Shown in pieces: positions 8,801 to 15,428 of a DNA stretch of 64,000 bases; position 1 is the stretch's first letter, and the number at the start of each line of letters is the position of its first letter. The notes under the pieces were generated by a model. That model was not told the origin of the DNA, ran no database searches, and saw nothing but the letters and a program-made list of their open reading frames with translations. The stretch is from assembly GCA_049317265.1 (NCBI GenBank), contig JBMOIP010000022.1, positions 6,718 through 70,717 on the forward strand, read 5' to 3'. This DNA comes from Bacteroidales bacterium (GTDB lineage: Bacteria; Bacteroidota; Bacteroidia; Bacteroidales; FEN-979). Both the position numbers and the translations under genes were made by a program.

Positions 8801-11011
8801 TTCCAGGATCAAAGCGATTACAACGGGGCTGCCAGCAGGCTGAAATATTGTACAATTAAAAAGGCAGGCGCCTATAATGTGCTCTGTGAAAACACAGGGA
8901 GCGTCACCATCGACCATTGTACTTTATCGGAAGCATTAACCGATGGACTTAGATACAATGCGGGCTATGGTTCGTTTAACTATTGTGCTTTCAACAATAA
9001 CGGAAGGTACCCGGTCAATTTTCTCGACTGGACGTCAGCTCCGCTTCATGGCAATAATACTTTCCTGGGCAATGCGGTGAACATGATGGCTTTGTCGGGG
9101 GGAACCTACACGGAAAACAGGACCTTTGAAAAGGATAATGCCGAATACCTGGTTTTAGATCATATCGTGGTTGGAAAGTATTATAGTATCAGCAGGATAA
9201 CCATTGAACCCGGGGTCACCATGAATTTCGCATCAGGGAAATATATCCAGGTGGGATTTTCCAACAGCTATCCCTATGGTGGAGAGTTGAATGCCGTCGG
9301 GAAGGCCGATAGTCTTATAACCTTTACCCCGGCAAGCGGAGTTACCGGCGATTGGAATGGTATTTATTTCCATGATATGAGTGATTATAACGGTGCTACG
9401 AACTTACTTACCTATTGTGTGATAAGGAAAGCCAATGTCTATAATGTGAAAAGTGAATCGTCTTCACAACCTGTTCTCGATCATTGCACACTGACTCAAG
9501 CCATTGGCAACGGGTTGAGTATTTACAGTTCAAGCCTGACCATCAGGAATTCCACGTTTTCCTATAATACCGTACATGGTATTTACCTTGAGGGCACAGG
9601 AACTGCCACCCTTGGGAATACGGACGCCTATACCAGCAACCTTTACAATAATGGCTCTTTCGAACTCTATAACAACTCCACCGCCGACATCAATGCCAGG
9701 TACAATTATTGGGGAACCGGCGATTCCACCATGGTGGCATACAGAATCTACGATAAATCAGATAATACTGCCAAAGGGAGGGTTAATTTCGGGCCATTTG
9801 CCCAGGTTCCATCGCTGTCAACACCTTCAACCTTGCTGGGAGGTACTGTGAAATATGCAAATTTAACTGCAAACCCGATAAAAACAGCGGCAATGACGGT
9901 TAAAAATTTCAGCAATACAGCGATTGCCTCTACCACAACGAATACCTCCGGGGTATATGCATTTCCGTCATTTGTTTCAGGCAATTACAAGATGACCATC
10001 GTACCGTCAGCCGTTTGGGGAGGGGTCAACTCAACCGATGCGCTCAATATCCTCAACCACTTTGCACAGATTACGCCGCTTACGGGCATGAAACTCGCTG
10101 CAGCAGATGTTAACTACAGCCATAGTGTGAACGGAACCGATGCCATGCTCATGATGAAACGCTATACGGGTATGATCACCTCCTTCGCTGCCGGAGATTA
10201 CCTATATCATACCGATACATTGATCGTCAATGGAGGCAACGTAACAAACAACCTTAAAATGCTCTGTTTTGGGGATGTCAACGCAACTTATGCTCCTGCC
10301 AAGAAAAGTGCCTCCTCAACAGGGCTGGTTCTCGAAGGCTCCCTGTTGGTTGATTCCTATTCTGAATTCGATTTTCCGGTGAAACTGAAAACCGCTATGC
10401 AGGTCGGTGCAGTATCCCTTGGCTTCTATTATCCTGCAGATTTCCTGGAAATTACCGGCGCCAGGCTGGTAAACGGAGTAACGGGATTCTCATGGACTGC
10501 CATTGACGGACTTTTCCGGATGGGGTGGTGTGACATGAATGCAATGAATGTTGGCAATGATGAGGTTGTGGTTGTCCTGACAATGAAGGCCAAAGACCTC
10601 TCGGGACTCACTGCCGGAATTGCACTGGATATCTATGAAGATTGCGAATTTGCTGATGCTTTGGCCACTCCCAACGACCTGGAAGTTGTGTCAATTCCAA
10701 CCATTAATACTACTTTAACCGGCATCAACCCAACAGGAGGGATTGGAGGAATCTCCGTCTATCCCAACCCGGTTTCGCAAAATTCCATGGTAGAATTCTC
10801 TCTTGATAAGCCGGGATATGTAAAAATGTCACTTTTAAATATGGTTGGTGCCCCAATAATGGCCATTGCCTCCGGGGATTTTACAGCGGGAAATCACAAA
10901 GTGGCGATCAGGGCGGCAAATTTCAAGCCAGGTATCTATTTGCTGAAAATCGAAAACTCAAGTAGCGGGAATACCAGTTATGACATGGTTAAGATCGTGG
11001 TATCTAACTAA
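5846..11011 (+). CDS. 1721-aa T9SS-secreted surface protein: Kelch repeats, right-handed beta-helix modules, CarboxypepD_reg-like, dockerin-like and cohesin-like modules, T9SS CTD
   Basis: Signal peptide (...GIQQGTAQ). Kelch-type blades ('FAYMVGGYNN', 'IYVMGGRD', 'IYVIGG', 'LYVLGGYDN'). PbH1-like 'NGIRLETSNLVIQNSVIRGNSEIGLYL'. Three 189-aa tandem modules. 'GGTVKY...SGVYAFPSFVSGNYKMTIVP' (CarboxypepD_reg-like). 'GGVNSTDALNILNHF...ADVNYSHSVNGTDAMLMMKRY' (dockerin-like EF-hand pair). 'QVGAVSLGFYYPADFLEITG' (cohesin-like). C-terminal 'SVYPNPVSQNSMVEFSL...GIYLLKIENSS' is a type A T9SS sorting domain. Confidence 0.85.
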   Translation: MKNQLLFRTNMLWVKVLLLFIFSFFMTGIQQGTAQVTFRQTLNADFNKGVLNNAVVGSDNVYLQLGASDVGTWLTTTVLPQTLSGHKTVSWNDKFAYMVGGYNNTSCVNNVYVATIQPGGITGWTALNPLPVALRDAAVVIGTNTIYVMGGRDATQVYNTIYYAALNSDGTIGAWQTSSVSLPVNLWGHTATYLMGYIYVIGGSSSASNENTALNTVYTTRVNALNTLSAFTSGTMLTYRNKHSAVTYNSKLYVLGGYDNSGVKSNSVYLGTPGLNGVIAGWALGTNLPVAVSNHSAVVTNGVIAVMAGAVGASLSNTVYYANADAVTLTWNTSANVMYDYTKDGSAFTGNGQAYYAGGTNLSGTPIINCRFANMVLTSNYIGHGVFVSNPFFELGAERMINSIAFDKSYTAPANLQVNYRTAGSDGVWSDWTALVNVSPVTVNLTKQYLQYAVIFTGSTVNNVILNEMRLVTPGTQLDGNLNAMLTFTQAASPYWATTDISFTAGTHTFQAGTTILFLPETGLSVSAANMICNGTVTDSVKFLSYTSETGKWDGLYFSPESDNGVSSQFNYTVISNAGFGSNNANLYCNQTNEPLLSRCSIRSADGNGIRLETSNLVIQNSVIRGNSEIGLYLSSSNPTLVSSFISYNGGAGVYLTSTASLPNYSGTTINNNLYAIYYPTASISVSQHLGTLTLSNNTYNGVCLPGGDISENYRWNSLSYPIFVMDNIKIGKYYSVSRLTIEPGNTIKMAPGKSIQVGFATSYPYGGELYAIGVSDSLINFTSINGLSGGWEGIYFHDLSDYSGATSVMDYCKVEKGNAYNMYIENTYQPSINHGVIQNAAMDGLKFYGAYNTVMNSTITGNGRYPVYFSEPHTFPVLNGNTYSLNGINLIGYCGGTIGDNRTFQNDGIGYHVLDNIIIGKYYSVCRLTIEPGLTLSFANGKGIQVGISTSYPYGGELYAEGKSDSIIIMKPYSGVTGDWSGIYFQDQSDYNGAASRLKYCTIKKAGAYNVLCENTGSVTIDHCTLSEALTDGLRYNAGYGSFNYCAFNNNGRYPVNFLDWTSAPLHGNNTFLGNAVNMMALSGGTYTENRTFEKDNAEYLVLDHIVVGKYYSISRITIEPGVTMNFASGKYIQVGFSNSYPYGGELNAVGKADSLITFTPASGVTGDWNGIYFHDMSDYNGATNLLTYCVIRKANVYNVKSESSSQPVLDHCTLTQAIGNGLSIYSSSLTIRNSTFSYNTVHGIYLEGTGTATLGNTDAYTSNLYNNGSFELYNNSTADINARYNYWGTGDSTMVAYRIYDKSDNTAKGRVNFGPFAQVPSLSTPSTLLGGTVKYANLTANPIKTAAMTVKNFSNTAIASTTTNTSGVYAFPSFVSGNYKMTIVPSAVWGGVNSTDALNILNHFAQITPLTGMKLAAADVNYSHSVNGTDAMLMMKRYTGMITSFAAGDYLYHTDTLIVNGGNVTNNLKMLCFGDVNATYAPAKKSASSTGLVLEGSLLVDSYSEFDFPVKLKTAMQVGAVSLGFYYPADFLEITGARLVNGVTGFSWTAIDGLFRMGWCDMNAMNVGNDEVVVVLTMKAKDLSGLTAGIALDIYEDCEFADALATPNDLEVVSIPTINTTLTGINPTGGIGGISVYPNPVSQNSMVEFSLDKPGYVKMSLLNMVGAPIMAIASGDFTAGNHKVAIRAANFKPGIYLLKIENSSSGNTSYDMVKIVVSN
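7937..9637 (+). repeat. Three in-frame tandem coding repeats, period exactly 567 bp (189 aa)
   Basis: The anchor '(I/V)GKYYS(V/I)(S/C)R(L/I)TIEPG' recurs with its first codon at 8036, 8603 and 9170. Each copy also has 'SYPYGGEL.A.G..DS', 'G.W.GIYF.D.SDY.GA' and 'NGRYPV.F'. Confidence 0.9.
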
Positions 11012-11024
11012 CAATCTCTGCGCT

Positions 11025-14000
11025 ATGAAGACAATGATTTTAAAAACAGTGCTGCTATCGCTGATGGTGACCTGGGCTGGTTCAATCCATGCCCAGATCA
11101 ACACCACTGCCGGGACTGTCACAAACTGTCCGGGGCAGATCGTGGTCCCGGTTATGGTGACCAACTGTAATGGCATCGGCGCCATCTCGCTAGTACTGAA
11201 TTACGACAATACCAGCCTGACCTATTCAGGCTACCAGAACCTGAACAGTGCATTGACATCCGGGCTGCTCATCATCAATGGCACCGGGAACAAGGTGGTG
11301 ATCAGCTGGGCCAATACAGTTGCTGCAAACCTTGGAAACAGTACCATGGTAGAACTTAAATTCAATGCAATACCAGGTACCACGAGTCTTACATGGGATA
11401 CCCAGACCTCCGGCAATTGCGAGTACAGCGACATCAATGGCAATGTGCTACCGGCTAGCTATACAAATGGAACTGTTACCGTTAACCAGCCACCTCTCGT
11501 TACCACCCAACCCGTTGATAAAAGTGTGCTGACCGGACAGAATACTTCTTTTTCCCTTTCGGCAACAGGAGCAGGAATCTCCTGCCTCTGGCAACTCAGT
11601 GTCAACGGAGGATCATCCTGGAGCGACCTAACCAATGTGGCGCCATATTCCGGCGTAACCACCAGTACACTTTCCCTGACCAATACACTACTGGCTTACA
11701 ATGGATACAAATACCGCTGCAGGTTAACCGGTACATGTGCACCGGTCATTTATTCCAACGTTGTCACTCTTTCAGTCATCAACCCGATTACCACCACCCT
11801 GCCAACAGCCAGTTTTTGTCCGGGAAGCATAGTTGTTCCGGTTACAGTCAACAATTTTACCGGGGTAGCGGCATTTTCGCTGACTTTTTCCTACAACCCT
11901 GCTTGCCTGACTTATACAGGATATCAAACACTGAATGGTTCCCTGGCCGGAGGAACCTTTGTCGCCAACGTCTCGGGCGGGAAAGTTTACATGACCTGGT
12001 CGTCGACCTCTGCGGTCACCTTTGCCAACGGTACGCTGGTCGAACTTCAATTTATCTCAGTAACCGGTAACAGCAGCCTGTCGTGGGATATAGTGAGCGA
12101 AGGAAATTGTGAATATGCCGCGTTGAGCGGATCGTCCATCACATCGGTATTTGTTGATGGCGGCGAAACCATCTATGCCTTGCCTGCGGTGACGGTGAAC
12201 CCCACCAGTAAGGTCATTGCCAAGGGACAAAATACAACCTTCAGCGTGGCTGGAGGAGGATCGGGATTGGCATACGCCTGGCAGGTAAGTTCCAATAATG
12301 GCGCCAGTTTCACAGATTTAACGAATGCAGGATACTATTCCAATGTAACCACTGCCAACCTGAACATCACGGGGGCACAACTTGCCATCAGCGGGTATCA
12401 ATATCGTTGCAAGATAAGCGGAACCTGTAATCCCTTTGTTTATTCAGGTGCTGCCCTTCTAACTGTACTGCCCAATATCATTACAACTTGCGGAACAGTC
12501 ACGGCATGCCCTGGACAGGTCGTCATTCCAGTTAATGTGACCGATTTTATCGGGGTGGCTGCTTTTTCTCTCACCCTGAAATTCAATCCGGCAATTGTGA
12601 ACTATACCGGCTATCAGAGTTTGAATCCGGCTGTGTCGGGAGGTATCTTTACTGTCAATGCATCTGACGGATCCGTATACCTGACCTGGTCGAACATTGC
12701 TGCGGCTACCATCGCAAACGGCGGCTTGCTGATTGAGTTGAAATTTACCGGTGTGCCCGGAACCAGCAACCTTGCCTGGGATACACAAACAACCGGAAAT
12801 TGCGAATACAGCGACCTCTCCGGGCAGATCATCTTCTCAACCTGGAATAACGGGAGTACGACCATCAACTCCCTGCCGGCGATCTCCTCACATCCGGTCA
12901 ACAAGTCAATTTATGCTTCCGGAAGTACCTCATTTTCTGTTACAGCAACAGGCACCGGAGCTGCATACTTATGGCAGGTAAGCACTACGGGTGGGGTTTC
13001 GTGGATCAATCTTACAAATGCAGCACCCTATTCGGGTGCCAATACACCAACGCTGGCCATCAATCCTGCAGTAACCGGGATGAATGGGTACCTTTACCGT
13101 TGTGTTGTTTCAGGAACATGTGCCCCCTCCGTTACTTCCAATTCAGGGGTGCTGACAGTTACCCAGGCTGCAATTACCACGGTAAGCGGTACAATCGCAA
13201 GCTCTTGTACGGGAAATTTGAATATTCCGGTCAATGTGACGAACTGCAGCAATGTAGGTGGCATATCGCTGACCCTGCTTTTTGATACCACCAAAATGAC
13301 ATTTGAAGGGTATTACGCTGTTAATGCTGCACTTTCAGGAGGACTGCTGGTGGTGAACCGTTCGGGTAACAAGGTGATCTTCTCCTGGGCATCAACTTCT
13401 GCAGCCAATATCGGAACCGGCGTTTTGGTCCAGTATCGTTTTAAAGCCAACGCCGGAATTTCAGCCACACTCAGCTGGGATACGCCAACAACCGGAGCCT
13501 GCGAATACAGTGATCCTGCGGGAACGATCATCACCTCATTCTTTACCGGATCCAATATCTCTGTTGTTGCGAATGCTTTGATCGTGAACGCAGGCAGCGA
13601 CCAGGTATTGCAACTTAGTCCTGTACAACTCAATGGATCTGCCTCAGGCGGAACAACACCTTACACCTGGTTATGGTCGCCGGCCGCAACACTCTCCAAT
13701 CCGGCCATTTCCAATCCCGTAGCATCACCTGTTGTCACTACATCTTATACCCTCACGGTTACCGCAAACAACGGATGCACCGGGAGCGATGTGATGGATG
13801 TTATTGTGCCTTCAATTCCGAATGATCTGACACTCCAGGGAATAACCATTCCGTCGGGAGGCAGCCAGTGCTATAACGCCTTGCAAACCATTACGGTGGC
13901 GGGTGGTGTAACTCAGTTCGTTGTTGAGAATGGAGGAAGTGCTACGATGATTGCAGGATTGAAAATAAACTATCTTCCCGGGACTAAAATCAATTCCGGG

Positions 14001-14351
14001 GGGTACCTGCATGGCTACATCACCACCAATGGGCAATATTGCAACGCTCTCCCTGCATCGATGGTTACAACATCCATAGAGGATCAAATTCTTCCAACTT
14101 CGGATGGACCAGGGTTCATTCTCTATCCAAACCCTGCCACCGACCGGTTCATCATTGAATTCGAAGATGGGCACCTGCCCGGAAATCCGTCCGTGACAAT
14201 TTTTGGAAACTGTGGCGGGATCATGATGGCGAACCAGGTGATGGAAGGTCTGCACCAGGAGTTTTCTCTGGCCGGGAAACCTGCCGGAATCTATTTTGTC
14301 AGGGTTGTTGTTGGTGATAAGTGTTATACAAAAAAGATGATTAAATACTGA
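11025..14351 (+). CDS. T9SS-secreted scaffold-like protein: 4 cohesin-like modules alternating with 3 Ig-like modules, a PKD-like segment, a coathanger-like segment and a T9SS CTD
   Basis: Start moved to ATG 11025 (MKTMILKTVLLSLMVTWAGSIHAQ signal peptide), because the ORF-track Met at 10980 overlaps the previous gene. Cohesin-like 'CPGQ.V.PV.V..f.G..A.SL.L.Y......Y.GYQ' occurs four times. Ig-like 'Q.tsFsv.A.G.g..Y.WQ.S..gG.sw.dLTN...YSG..T..L......ng..YRC...GTC.P' occurs three times. C-terminal 'ILYPNPATDRFIIEF...GIYFVRVVVGDKCYTKKMIKY' is a T9SS CTD. Confidence 0.85.
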   Translation: MKTMILKTVLLSLMVTWAGSIHAQINTTAGTVTNCPGQIVVPVMVTNCNGIGAISLVLNYDNTSLTYSGYQNLNSALTSGLLIINGTGNKVVISWANTVAANLGNSTMVELKFNAIPGTTSLTWDTQTSGNCEYSDINGNVLPASYTNGTVTVNQPPLVTTQPVDKSVLTGQNTSFSLSATGAGISCLWQLSVNGGSSWSDLTNVAPYSGVTTSTLSLTNTLLAYNGYKYRCRLTGTCAPVIYSNVVTLSVINPITTTLPTASFCPGSIVVPVTVNNFTGVAAFSLTFSYNPACLTYTGYQTLNGSLAGGTFVANVSGGKVYMTWSSTSAVTFANGTLVELQFISVTGNSSLSWDIVSEGNCEYAALSGSSITSVFVDGGETIYALPAVTVNPTSKVIAKGQNTTFSVAGGGSGLAYAWQVSSNNGASFTDLTNAGYYSNVTTANLNITGAQLAISGYQYRCKISGTCNPFVYSGAALLTVLPNIITTCGTVTACPGQVVIPVNVTDFIGVAAFSLTLKFNPAIVNYTGYQSLNPAVSGGIFTVNASDGSVYLTWSNIAAATIANGGLLIELKFTGVPGTSNLAWDTQTTGNCEYSDLSGQIIFSTWNNGSTTINSLPAISSHPVNKSIYASGSTSFSVTATGTGAAYLWQVSTTGGVSWINLTNAAPYSGANTPTLAINPAVTGMNGYLYRCVVSGTCAPSVTSNSGVLTVTQAAITTVSGTIASSCTGNLNIPVNVTNCSNVGGISLTLLFDTTKMTFEGYYAVNAALSGGLLVVNRSGNKVIFSWASTSAANIGTGVLVQYRFKANAGISATLSWDTPTTGACEYSDPAGTIITSFFTGSNISVVANALIVNAGSDQVLQLSPVQLNGSASGGTTPYTWLWSPAATLSNPAISNPVASPVVTTSYTLTVTANNGCTGSDVMDVIVPSIPNDLTLQGITIPSGGSQCYNALQTITVAGGVTQFVVENGGSATMIAGLKINYLPGTKINSGGYLHGYITTNGQYCNALPASMVTTSIEDQILPTSDGPGFILYPNPATDRFIIEFEDGHLPGNPSVTIFGNCGGIMMANQVMEGLHQEFSLAGKPAGIYFVRVVVGDKCYTKKMIKY
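11097..13570 (+). repeat. Coding super-repeat (cohesin-like + Ig-like), period 690 bp
   Basis: The conserved Cys codon of 'CPGQ/CPGS/CTGN' lies at 11127, 11817, 12507 and 13206, giving spacings of 690, 690 and 699 bp. Confidence 0.85.
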
Positions 14352-14415
14352 TAGTAGATTTTTAGAGGCAAACTGTTTGAAAATGAATTTTGTTGTATAG
14401 TGGTGCGAAGATATT

Positions 14416-14423
14416 TACATTTG
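14416..14423 (+). promoter_or_regulatory. Bacteroidota -7 box (TAcaTTTG)
   Basis: Exact match to TAnnTTTG, 25 nt upstream of ATG 14448. Confidence 0.35.
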
Positions 14424-14447
14424 TAACAGATCTTTAACACCGATACT

Positions 14448-14729
14448 ATGAAACCTGTCGTCATTGTCATGGCGCTTCTGATCATGGCCGGGCCTGCACC
14501 GGCTATGATTCGTGTTGCCCATTCCACCTCCTCCAATTGCGAGTTGCAGAAACCCAGGTTGCCTACGGCACCTACAAAGCTTGAAACACCACCCAAACCA
14601 AAGGATCCACCCAAACCAAAGGATCCCCCAAAGATGAAGGAACCCCCAAAGATGAAGGAACCCCCAAAGATGAAGGATCCGAAACCCCTTAAAATGCCCA
14701 AAAGTCCACCAAAGCCGCGCTGGCCTTAA
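14448..14729 (+). CDS. Small secreted Pro/Lys hexapeptide-repeat protein (hypothetical)
   Basis: Signal-peptide-like 'MKPVVIVMALLIMAGPAPA', then PPKPKD x2 and PPKMK(E/D) x3. A -7 box lies upstream. The antisense ORF 14324..14701 has no such support. Confidence 0.5.
   Translation: MKPVVIVMALLIMAGPAPAMIRVAHSTSSNCELQKPRLPTAPTKLETPPKPKDPPKPKDPPKMKEPPKMKEPPKMKDPKPLKMPKSPPKPRWP
14589..14678 (+). repeat. 5 x 18-bp tandem repeat (ccacccaaaccaaaggat x2, cccccaaagatgaagga(a/t) x3)
   Basis: Read directly from the sequence; in frame with the small ORF. Confidence 0.9.
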
Positions 14730-14794
14730 AAAACCAGTCAGGCTGGCAGGTCATGGTTCCGGAAGATTAACGTTGTGATTGAGCGAAAGGCCGT

Positions 14795-15280
14795 TCAATA
14801 GGGGATTTTGTCATTTTTCTCACTCCACTCACTGAAGAGCTCGACAGCCTTTGGATGTGATATATGCTGAAAACTGATCATCCGTTGTTCGGGCAGAAGG
14901 TTCAGCTCTTCGTATATATGGTTGTCTTTGAATCCGATGAATGCTGCATCATGGCGGGTTGCACAGTAATATACTGCCTTTATATTGGCCCAGTAAATCG
15001 CAGAAAGGCACATCGGACATGGTTCACAGGTTGCATAAATAACAGCGCCTGCCAGGTCGAAATTTTTAATGTTTTTGCAGGCATCGCGAATAGCAACAAT
15101 TTCAGCATGAGCAGTGGGATCATTTTGTGAACTGACCCTGTTCCCGCCTTTCCCGATAACCTTTCCGTCCAGCACGACCACGGCGCCGAATGGTCCGCCA
15201 ATGTTCTCCCTTACCGACTGAAAAGCTTCATCGAAAGCTTTATCCATGTACGATTCAATTGCCTGCATATGGAATTTCAT
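14795..15280 (-). CDS. guaD: Guanine deaminase, CDA-fold (B. subtilis GuaD type)
   Basis: 'GGPFGAVVV.DG', 'DPTAHAEIVAIRDAC' and 'TCEPCPMCLSAIYWA' are the Zn-binding motifs. The overall layout closely follows my recollection of B. subtilis GuaD. An alternative start lies at 15268. Confidence 0.8.
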   Translation of the reverse strand: MKFHMQAIESYMDKAFDEAFQSVRENIGGPFGAVVVLDGKVIGKGGNRVSSQNDPTAHAEIVAIRDACKNIKNFDLAGAVIYATCEPCPMCLSAIYWANIKAVYYCATRHDAAFIGFKDNHIYEELNLLPEQRMISFQHISHPKAVELFSEWSEKNDKIPY

Positions 15281-15293
15281 TTATTATAAGTGA

Positions 15294-15301
15294 CAAAATT
15301 A
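15294..15301 (-). promoter_or_regulatory. -7 box TAATTTTG for guaD
   Basis: Exact TAnnTTTG on the minus strand, with 13 nt between the box and the guaD ATG. Confidence 0.35.
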
Positions 15302-15386
15302 ACAGGTATATTGAATCAAAATACATTTGCCGGCCCGATCTTCCTGTTTTTTAATATTTCCGGGGCTGATTCTCATGCATTATCTC

Positions 15387-15394
15387 TAATTTTG
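15387..15394 (+). promoter_or_regulatory. -7 box TAATTTTG for ygfK
   Basis: Exact TAnnTTTG, about 35 nt upstream of the GTG start at 15429. Confidence 0.35.
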
Positions 15395-15428
15395 GGCCAA
15401 ATCAAGTAAAAGACTCAAAAAAGCACCC

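Noticed and set aside
10980-11024. Upstream Met for the scaffold gene; likewise 49961-50086 for the TonB receptor, 35030-35086 for gldF, 53614-53667 for the lipoprotein and 27384-27431 for the wHTH protein
   Set aside because: The extensions overlap the preceding gene or lack function. In each case an internal Met is immediately followed by a canonical signal peptide, lipobox or family-typical N-terminus.
14324-14701. 125-aa minus-strand ORF with GGSFIF/GGSFGL repeats
   Set aside because: It is the antisense shadow of the Pro/Lys-repeat ORF. It overlaps the 3' end of the scaffold gene and runs through the + strand promoter box. It lacks a signal peptide, whereas the + strand ORF has both a signal peptide and a promoter box.
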